Assembly (NCBI GenBank): GCA_028707125.1
Contig: JAQTUX010000001.1
Span: 468,142 to 532,141 of the forward strand
Direction of reading: 5' to 3'
DNA length: 64,000 nucleotides
DNA from: Candidatus Omnitrophota bacterium
GTDB lineage: Bacteria; Omnitrophota; Gorgyraeia; Gygaellales; JAQTUX01
Part shown: piece after piece, positions 57,786 through 64,000 of the stretch
Position numbering within the stretch: the first letter of the stretch is position 1
Layout of the letters: the number at the start of each line of letters is the position of its first letter
Notes under the pieces: generated by a model
Database searches by the model: none
What the model was told of the DNA's origin: nothing
The model's input: only the letters and a program-made list of their open reading frames with translations
Program-made: the position numbers and the translations under genes

Positions 57786-58358
57786 ATGTTAAAAGATCTG
57801 ATAGGTTCAAAGACCCGCCAAACCATACTAAAGGCTTTTGTTGAATCTCCCGATAGCGAATATTACACCCGCCAGTTGGCCAAGCTATACAAAATCTCGG
57901 TAGGAACGCTTCACAGGGAGCTAAAAAGACTTAGCGCTTCGAGCATTCTTAAAGAGCGCAAAGTCGGCAATATAAAGCTATTTTCCCTGAATAAACAAAA
58001 TCCTCTTTATGAGGAGATCAAGAATATTATATATAAAACCCAGGGTGTGGTAAGTTTCGTAAGAGACGCAATATCCGGCATAAAAGGCATTAAAGTCGCT
58101 TTCATATACGGGTCCTTCGCAAAAGGAGACGAAAGACAGGATAGCGATGTAGATATATTTTTGATGGGGAATAGCATTGATGAAGATAAATTGATACATG
58201 CGATAAAAGATGTAGAAAAAAAACTATTTAAAGAAATAAATTATACGCGGTATACGGAAAATGAATACAGAAAAGAGAAGAAAAAGAAGAATTCCTTTAT
58301 ATTAGAAGTCATAAGGGGCAAGAAAACATTTATTAAGGGGGGCGAAGGTGACCTCTAA
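57786..58358 (+). CDS. HTH plus minimal nucleotidyltransferase (MNT) domain protein (antitoxin-like of an MNT/HEPN pair)
   Basis: N-terminal winged-helix and NTase motif GSFAKGDERQDSDVDIF. Overlaps the next ORF by 11 nt. Confidence 0.65.
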   Translation: MLKDLIGSKTRQTILKAFVESPDSEYYTRQLAKLYKISVGTLHRELKRLSASSILKERKVGNIKLFSLNKQNPLYEEIKNIIYKTQGVVSFVRDAISGIKGIKVAFIYGSFAKGDERQDSDVDIFLMGNSIDEDKLIHAIKDVEKKLFKEINYTRYTENEYRKEKKKKNSFILEVIRGKKTFIKGGEGDL

Positions 58359-58815
58359 CGGTTTCTTAAGCGAATATATAGAAAAGAAGCTGATTAAGCC
58401 GGAGAAAATAGGGACCGACCAGATAGAAAAAGTAATAAAAGCTGCGGAGAAAAGCCTGACAGTCGCAGAGAGGTTGCTTTCAATAGATGAAGAGACCGCC
58501 TATGAGAAAGCTTACGCCGCAATGCTCCATGCCGCCAGGGCGTTTGTATTTATGAAAGGATATAGGCCAACGACAAATTTTCAGCATAAGACAGTCGTTG
58601 CTTTTACGGCGCACTTTTTAGGCGATAAATATAAAGCTCTAACCGAAAAGTTTGACTATATGAGGAAGAACAGAAACAATTTTATTTACGAACCATGGAA
58701 ATTTCACGTCTCTATGACTGACGTTAAGAGCGCGTTAAAATCAGCCCATCAGTTTATTGATGTTATCAAAGAAGAAATAAAAAAAGAAAATCCCCAAGGT
58801 AATTTTAAGTTTTAA
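58348..58815 (+). CDS. HEPN-domain protein (partner of the MNT; canonical Rx4-6H motif not evident)
   Basis: All-alpha ~155 aa, HEPN-like helix pattern (AAMLHAARAFVFMKGY...). Position downstream of the MNT is typical. Confidence 0.45.
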   Translation: MTSNGFLSEYIEKKLIKPEKIGTDQIEKVIKAAEKSLTVAERLLSIDEETAYEKAYAAMLHAARAFVFMKGYRPTTNFQHKTVVAFTAHFLGDKYKALTEKFDYMRKNRNNFIYEPWKFHVSMTDVKSALKSAHQFIDVIKEEIKKENPQGNFKF

Positions 58816-58913
58816 ATATCTCGACCTTTTTTCCCTGATTCTTGATTGCAGGAAAAAAGTCCTGGGCCGCCAAAGGCGGACCAGGACTTAGCACTTCTTT
58901 AATCCCTCCCCAT

Positions 58914-59162
58914 ATGCCTTGGCACGTTTACATCATTGAATGCAGCGACGGCAAGCTCTACACCGGTATCACCAATAACCTGGAACGCAGGATCAAAGCT
59001 CACAATAGCGGCAACGGCTGCAGGTTCACGAAATACCGCCGTCCGGTTCAACTTGTCCATTCCGAAGAATGTCCTGCCAAACCCGATGCCTTGAAGAGGG
59101 AAGCGCGCATCAAGCGCCTGACAAGGGTGGAGAAAATAGAGCTGATTCAAGCCGCTACATAG
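58914..59162 (+). CDS. GIY-YIG nuclease family protein (UPF0213-like, stand-alone)
   Basis: WHVYIIECSDGKLYTGITNNLERRIKAHN matches the GIY-YIG core. Start at the internal Met of the ORF beginning at 58842. Confidence 0.65.
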   Translation: MPWHVYIIECSDGKLYTGITNNLERRIKAHNSGNGCRFTKYRRPVQLVHSEECPAKPDALKREARIKRLTRVEKIELIQAAT

Positions 59163-59189
59163 TTTAGTGGGTCCTGTCTCTTTTTCCGC

Positions 59190-59420
59190 TCGGTAGCTAA
59201 TGAACCTACCCCTTTTCTCGCTCAGTGCGATTTTGCCTAAATCTAACGAGGGCCGGCAAAGGTCTCTCGCAGCTCGGTGCTGCGAACTCGCCCTTTTTGC
59301 TTTAACAAAAAGGGCTCAGACAGTCCTCGCACTTTGGGCCTTATAGGCCACAAAGTTCCCTCGCTGCTCGAGCTGCTTTGCCTAAAATCGCAATTCGCTC
59401 GAAAAGGGTAGGTTCATTTT
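59190..59420. repeat. ~230-bp nested imperfect palindrome / structured element
   Basis: Outer arms aatgaacctacccctttt...gaaaagggtaggttcatt; inner hairpin cccttttt gctttaac aaaaaggg; several further dyads. Confidence 0.5.
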
Positions 59421-59541
59421 ACAAGAAGAAGAGCAACAGTGTCACCGTAACCACGATTCCTGCCATAAATAGGTCTTCGTAATAGCGAATATATCTCATA
59501 GGAATATGATACTTATAGTCATCATATATGTCAATAGAGAA

Positions 59542-59587
59542 TGCTACTTATAGTATCGTAGACAATAAGTAGCAATGATGCCATAAT
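59542..59587 (+). promoter_or_regulatory. C-box-like operator (TGCTACTTAT-N13-ATAAGTAGCA) overlapping promoter TAGACA-17-CATAAT; ATG 7 nt after the -10 (leaderless-type)
   Basis: Perfect 10-bp inverted repeat at 59542-59551 / 59565-59574 flanks the -35. Confidence 0.5.
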
Positions 59588-59594
59588 AAAAGTA

Positions 59595-59804
59595 ATGGAA
59601 AGCAAAATACTAAGGCAATTTGGGGATAGGGTCAAAAAGCTAAGAAAGGCCAAGGGTTGGTCTCAAGAAGACCTTGCTAAGAGGGCGGGACTGCACAGGA
59701 CTTACATTGGCAGTATTGAGAGAAGCGAAAGGAATGTAAGCTTGCTTAATGTAGAGAGAATTGCAAAGGCACTAAATGTTGCAACTCAACACCTTTTAAA
59801 ATAA
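59595..59804 (+). CDS. XRE-family HTH controller (C) protein of a restriction-modification system
   Basis: 69 aa; LRKAKGWSQEDLAKRAGLHRTYIGSIERSERNVSLLNVERIAKALNV is the classic C-protein size and helix-turn-helix. Stop overlaps the next start (taATGtca). Confidence 0.6.
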   Translation: MESKILRQFGDRVKKLRKAKGWSQEDLAKRAGLHRTYIGSIERSERNVSLLNVERIAKALNVATQHLLK

Positions 59805-60775
59805 TGTCAGAAACAATAGATTACAAGATAATATTATCAAGATTTCCATGGATTGTTGAGAAAAATCAGAATGTTATACTAAGTCCTGATTGCGATGGGT
59901 TTTTATGCGGATTATTAATGTCTAGTTTTCTAGGATGGAAAATAGTTGGTTTCTACGATGGCAAGATTCTTATATTAAAAAAGGGCCTAAAGACAAGGGA
60001 CTGTGTATTTCTAGATATGGAGATCTTTAGGAAAGACATTAGAAGTGTAGGGCATCATATGCTTATGTTCGATGTTCGTAATCTACCGTCTAATTGGGAT
60101 AATTTTAATAATTGTATCCAGCCAAACAATATAAGAGGATTTGATTTTCGTAGCAGTTTTAACCTGAAATACCCGCTTGGTACGATCCATTTTCTTATAG
60201 GGATTTTAGCTCAAAGTGTAAAGATAGATATTCAGGAAAAAGCAATTTGCCCCATGCTTTTTGTAGATGGCACATTTAAGAACTTATTCAATTTCCCGGA
60301 AAATTGTTTAAGTTGGCTCCATTTTTTAAAAGCAGATTGTTTAGAGAACCCGCTACATAAAATATTTTATAATAATTATTATTCTGTGAATGAATTAATG
60401 GTTGCGTTGAAGGATTTATTCCAGAAATTAAGAGAGATTAATCACGGTAAGAGAGGCGGGGATAAGCTTAAAATATCTAACTCAAGGGGCGATATTCAAA
60501 GTTTTCAATATAAAGGAAAATTTTACGCTTTGGAAGATGATAAGAAAGTAAAGATAGAAAATTTGTTGAAGTTATTATCCGGATTAACAGGATGGAAGTA
60601 TGATTCTAACGATTGGCAATGGAATGATATGAATTCATTTATTTTCTCAAAGTCCTCAATAATGCCGCGTAAAAAAAACTACTATCCTTTGATGGACAGC
60701 AATCCTTTATCTTATGCTATCACAGGTACCCTGTCGCTAGAATACACCCTGGAAAAACCAAATAATCTGCCTTAG
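59804..60775 (+). CDS. candidate restriction endonuclease (no conserved motif identified)
   Basis: Translationally coupled to the C gene and convergent with the methyltransferase; AT-rich. Assignment is by context only. Confidence 0.3.
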   Translation: MSETIDYKIILSRFPWIVEKNQNVILSPDCDGFLCGLLMSSFLGWKIVGFYDGKILILKKGLKTRDCVFLDMEIFRKDIRSVGHHMLMFDVRNLPSNWDNFNNCIQPNNIRGFDFRSSFNLKYPLGTIHFLIGILAQSVKIDIQEKAICPMLFVDGTFKNLFNFPENCLSWLHFLKADCLENPLHKIFYNNYYSVNELMVALKDLFQKLREINHGKRGGDKLKISNSRGDIQSFQYKGKFYALEDDKKVKIENLLKLLSGLTGWKYDSNDWQWNDMNSFIFSKSSIMPRKKNYYPLMDSNPLSYAITGTLSLEYTLEKPNNLP

Positions 60776-62295
60776 GATGTAATGTTAACAAGTTCGAATT
60801 CTTTTTGACCAACATTCGCCTCTTGTTTTGTTCGTTTTTCTGCCAGTTTACAATAATCTTCAGAGATATCAAAACCTATGTATTTTCTGCCTAGCTTTAT
60901 AGCAGCGATAGCAGTTGTTCCGCTGCCCATGTATGGATCTAAAACTATACCCCCTGGTGGGCAAAAGCAGCGAATAAAGTCGACAGGTAGCTTATCGGGA
61001 AAGGTAGCAGGATGCTGATGTTTTAACCGTGTGCCGTCTCCACAAGTCACATAATCCCAAATTGTACCTCTACATTTTACAGGATTGATTGTTACTTTCT
61101 TTGATTTCAATGTATGTCCATTCGTCAAGCGAGTAGCACATCCGGTCATCGTTTTCCCGCCATGCTTACTCGGTATCTTAAGAGGGGTTTTATTGAAATA
61201 TTGCGGTCTTGAACCTTTAAGAAAGATTGGTATATATTCATGATCAACCCTAAATCTTTTTGTCCACCAAGCGCCTTCGCCACCGTGCTTTCTGTAAATA
61301 ACCGTCTCAAATAATTTAAACCCGACATTTTCACACCAATCAATTACGGTTTTAAATGTAGTTAATGTCTTGCCGAAGTTTTTAGTTTGGTCTTGTATAA
61401 CCATCGCGGTAATCCCGCCTTCTTTTAATACCCTATAAATCTCTTTCCCAGTAGCATGAAGATCATAAGTAAACCCATTATATGCTCTTATGCCATCATA
61501 CGGAGGAGAGGTAACGACTAAATCAATTGAATTATCCGGTAATTTTCTCAATCCCTCCACACAGTCCATGCATTGAACAGTGTTTAGCCATTTCTTCAAA
61601 TAATCATCTGTCTTAACGGAGTCCTTGATTTTTTTATTACCTAATACATTCGTGATTGTAGAGTTATCTGTGCTAGCCGGACTTTTAATAATATCGACAA
61701 CTATTCCTTGGATAGTAAGATGATCGGGGGCTACTAAAATAGGTTCCATGTTAGAATTTGCTGGTTCTAGCCGTATTCTATTTCTTTCTTTATAGAATTT
61801 TTTTAGCGTGACTTCTTTATTTTCCAACAGCGCAACAATTCTTTCGCCATTCTGAGCCGTACTTTGTTGTTTTATTACCACTATATCACCATCATCAATA
61901 TTTTCTTCTATCATGCTTTTGCCAGCTACTTTTAATGCAAAATAATTGTCACTTGCTTTTATTTTATCTTGAGGAACAGCTATACTTTCTCTATCTTCTA
62001 CTGCTTCAATTGGTGTACCTGCAGCTATTCTGCCTAAAAGTGGTATTCGGATCAAATTTTGTTTGGCAAAAACATCCAATGCTCGAGGATGGTTTTCCTC
62101 TTTTCTTAAATACCCCATATTTTGTAGCGTTTGGACATGATAGTGGGCCGTTGAGACAGAAGAAAGGCGAAGGTGTTTTTTGATTTCTTCTAGGGAAGGC
62201 GCGTAATCGTGCTTATCCTTGTAGCTTTTTATGAAATCTAGTACCTGTTTTTGACGTTTAGTAAGCATTTTAATAACCCTTGACTTTCGATTCAT
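60772..62295 (-). CDS. LexA repressor (wHTH + S24 autopeptidase) fused in frame to a beta-class (N4C/N6A) DNA methyltransferase
   Basis: N-terminal ~200 aa align to LexA: LTKRQKQVLDFI...SSVSTAHYHVQTLQNMGYLRKEENHPRALDV, cleavage site GRIAAGTP, Ser in AGKSMIE, Lys in VTLKKF. C-terminal MTase: motif IV VVTSPPY, then motif I FDPYMGSGTTAIAAIKLGRKYIGFDISEDY. Alternative start at Met 62268 (MLTKRQ). Confidence 0.75.
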   Translation of the reverse strand: MNRKSRVIKMLTKRQKQVLDFIKSYKDKHDYAPSLEEIKKHLRLSSVSTAHYHVQTLQNMGYLRKEENHPRALDVFAKQNLIRIPLLGRIAAGTPIEAVEDRESIAVPQDKIKASDNYFALKVAGKSMIEENIDDGDIVVIKQQSTAQNGERIVALLENKEVTLKKFYKERNRIRLEPANSNMEPILVAPDHLTIQGIVVDIIKSPASTDNSTITNVLGNKKIKDSVKTDDYLKKWLNTVQCMDCVEGLRKLPDNSIDLVVTSPPYDGIRAYNGFTYDLHATGKEIYRVLKEGGITAMVIQDQTKNFGKTLTTFKTVIDWCENVGFKLFETVIYRKHGGEGAWWTKRFRVDHEYIPIFLKGSRPQYFNKTPLKIPSKHGGKTMTGCATRLTNGHTLKSKKVTINPVKCRGTIWDYVTCGDGTRLKHQHPATFPDKLPVDFIRCFCPPGGIVLDPYMGSGTTAIAAIKLGRKYIGFDISEDYCKLAEKRTKQEANVGQKEFELVNITS

Positions 62296-62329
62296 TTTCG
62301 ATTATAATATATTCATTAGAAAAGTCAAG
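62279..62329. promoter_or_regulatory. palindromic promoter/operator CTTGACTTT-N33-AAAGTCAAG embracing the TTGACT/TATAAT hexamers for the LexA-MTase gene
   Basis: Perfect 9-bp inverted arms. Minus-strand -35 TTGACT (62324-62329) and -10 TATAAT (62301-62306) with a 16-nt spacer. Confidence 0.5.
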
Positions 62330-62658
62330 AGAAAATTTGTAAGAGTGGTATTTTAAGAGGATAGAAAATATGCCAGAAAACAAAGAAAATTCCGAAGGAA
62401 ATCTTAAAGAATCTTCGGATTCATCCCAAGATACTAGTAAACCGAGCGAAGGTAATAATTCAAATAAATAGAGAGAAAAATTAAAGAGAGGTTTCTACTT
62501 TGTGCCATCTCCCTCCCCTAAAAATTGCGGCAGTTTTCTGAAAAGCTAGCGCTGGGAGAGAGTATCTAAAACAGTCAGTTTTTAATTTATTTCTTAGGGA
62601 GTTAAGGTGTAATAACTACCATTTCTAATGATTTACCCAGTAATGAGGAGGATATTAA

Positions 62659-63375
62659 GTGAATACGTGTAATCAAAAATTTAACTTGAAGAATATATTT
62701 GTGAGAACTAAGCAAAAGATCTCAAAATTTAAAGACCTTATTTCTAATAACTTAAATTATTTGGCTAACGCGATTTTAGTAATTCTTCTGCTAACATTGT
62801 TCTATATCTTTTGCCTTAAGAGCGTTATTCTTGAAAGTAAAGTATTATTAGCTACTTTGTGGGCGCTACTTTTATACACATGGAAAACCTGGCAATTAAA
62901 AGATATTACTTTTAAACATGTTAGTTATACTTTAAGACCCGTGGTGGTATTAGATATTATTAATATTGAAAATAGTGACTTGACAATAGATTATCAAGGT
63001 CTTGGGAAAGTTTTATCGGTATGCGCAGAACTCCGCAATATTGGAGAAGGTATCGCAACAAACATTTTTGTAGGATATAGTATTTTTGTTAAAAATTCTC
63101 AAGGTAAAGAGATTCAAATTACTGCGAACAATAGAGGTCGTTCGCTAGGAAGCAAGGAAAAAAGATGTGTTGAATTGACTGTCATAGAAGACGGCTTAGA
63201 TTTAAATGAGATAGCTCTCAAATTAAAAAGTGGTCAGACCGAAAATAGAACAATAACGATCTATTATAAAGACCTTGAAGGTAACAGATACTTTACAGAG
63301 ATGCAACAAAATTTTCATGGCGCAGGATGGACATTTCTTTACACTAAAGAAGGTTCTGGGATGGAAAATTCCTAG
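62659..63375 (+). CDS. hypothetical membrane-anchored protein
   Basis: N-terminal TM (LANAILVILLLTLFYIFCL) and ~170-aa beta-rich domain; AT-rich. Confidence 0.3.
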   Translation: MNTCNQKFNLKNIFVRTKQKISKFKDLISNNLNYLANAILVILLLTLFYIFCLKSVILESKVLLATLWALLLYTWKTWQLKDITFKHVSYTLRPVVVLDIINIENSDLTIDYQGLGKVLSVCAELRNIGEGIATNIFVGYSIFVKNSQGKEIQITANNRGRSLGSKEKRCVELTVIEDGLDLNEIALKLKSGQTENRTITIYYKDLEGNRYFTEMQQNFHGAGWTFLYTKEGSGMENS

Positions 63376-63410
63376 ATAGATAATAGTTTATAAAAAGAAA
63401 ACAATTGGCA

Positions 63411-64000
63411 ATGTTCGAAGAAAATATTTTTAAAAAAATCTTAGAAACTTGGTCATCCGATCAACACCATCCTTACAGGGATAGAAGGAAAAAGCCACTT
63501 CCTTCAATTACCGATTTAAAGATAATGATTGAAACCTTATTTCTGGCAAGTCTAAAAAGAGAGGAAGGTGGATGGTTAACTTTTGCTACCGTGTTATTAG
63601 CGAAGGATAAATTAGAACAGGAGCTTAAAACATCTGAGCGCAAACAGCTTATTCTTAATTTTGATAAAAGTATACCTTTCATAGAATCGTCCATAACAAA
63701 ATTAGCTTCTGCATTTGACCCAAAAATCTCTGCGCTAATTGTTGGTCCTCGAGAGGGCAATAGTAATGAGTATGAGATATGGGGAGTAATGTTCTTTAGA
63801 CCAAGCCACAATCGATTTAATGAAATTTCTGCTGGTATGCCAGAATTTAGTTATTTTCGTCCAGATTTAATGATGGTTACCGTTGTTTCACCTGGCTCAT
63901 TAATCATAAGCCGGGGAGATAGCCGAATAGGACATTTGACCGCAGGAACATTTGTTGCAGCAACCCCGACCCCATTTACTTCGCATGCGATGGGGAATTA
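63411..64000 (+). CDS. hypothetical protein, 3'-truncated by the window end
   Basis: Open frame from ATG 63411 to the window edge (>=196 codons, no stop). It is not in the supplied ORF track because it is incomplete. Preferred over the overlapping 112-aa minus-strand ORF. Confidence 0.35.
   Translation, partial: MFEENIFKKILETWSSDQHHPYRDRRKKPLPSITDLKIMIETLFLASLKREEGGWLTFATVLLAKDKLEQELKTSERKQLILNFDKSIPFIESSITKLASAFDPKISALIVGPREGNSNEYEIWGVMFFRPSHNRFNEISAGMPEFSYFRPDLMMVTVVSPGSLIISRGDSRIGHLTAGTFVAATPTPFTSHAMGN

Noticed and set aside
62370-62471. 33-codon ORF MPENKENSEGNLKESSDSSQDTSKPSEGNNSNK upstream of the LexA-MTase promoter.
   Set aside because: Very low-complexity peptide in an AT-rich intergenic region with no convincing RBS, so it is probably non-coding.
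63473-63811. 112-aa minus-strand ORF at the window end.
   Set aside because: A longer uninterrupted plus-strand frame (63411 to the window edge) with more protein-like composition covers the same DNA. Only one is likely real.

Overview
This 64 kb window is a GC-rich chromosomal segment from a diderm bacterium. The diderm call rests on LptF/G permeases, OmpA-LysM, an 8-strand OMP, AsmA-like proteins and type IV pseudopilins. The backbone is mostly housekeeping. On the + strand it carries tmk, holB, ricT, metG, tatD, mtnA, thiL, tsaE, tsaB and alr, then an otsA-otsB-treT trehalose cluster, pyrE, smpB with ssrA, amiC, murI, queDCEF, fumarase class I alpha/beta, rph and rdgB. Four tRNAs are present: Leu-CAG, Pro-TGG, Arg-TCT and His-GTG. 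Four visibly AT-rich accessory insertions stand out. (1) A ~9.6 kb island follows alr and is bracketed by an 81-bp duplicate of the alr 3' end. It carries a 1344-aa PPC/FlgD-Ig repeat surface protein, a secreted Rhs toxin with a variable C-terminus, a small HExxH partner and a RAYT/IS200-like transposase flanked by REP-like GGGGACGGTTCTC motifs. (2) A ~4.65 kb module sits at the 3' end of tRNA-Leu. It has 19-bp direct repeats and ~400-bp inverted repeats, and each inverted repeat carries an identical inward promoter and a terminator, around two convergent AT-rich genes of unknown function. (3) The tmRNA gene is split in its T-loop by a ~641-nt group I-like intron encoding a LAGLIDADG homing endonuclease. 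(4) A terminal defence-like region holds an MNT/HEPN pair, a GIY-YIG nuclease and a C-protein/endonuclease operon. That operon converges on a gene encoding a complete LexA repressor (HTH, Ala-Gly cleavage site, S24 Ser/Lys dyad) fused in frame to a beta-class DNA methyltransferase. I rank the LexA-methyltransferase restriction-modification candidate and the tRNA-Leu promoter/terminator-capped two-gene module as the most likely undescribed systems. All calls are by eye from motifs and no database search was run.
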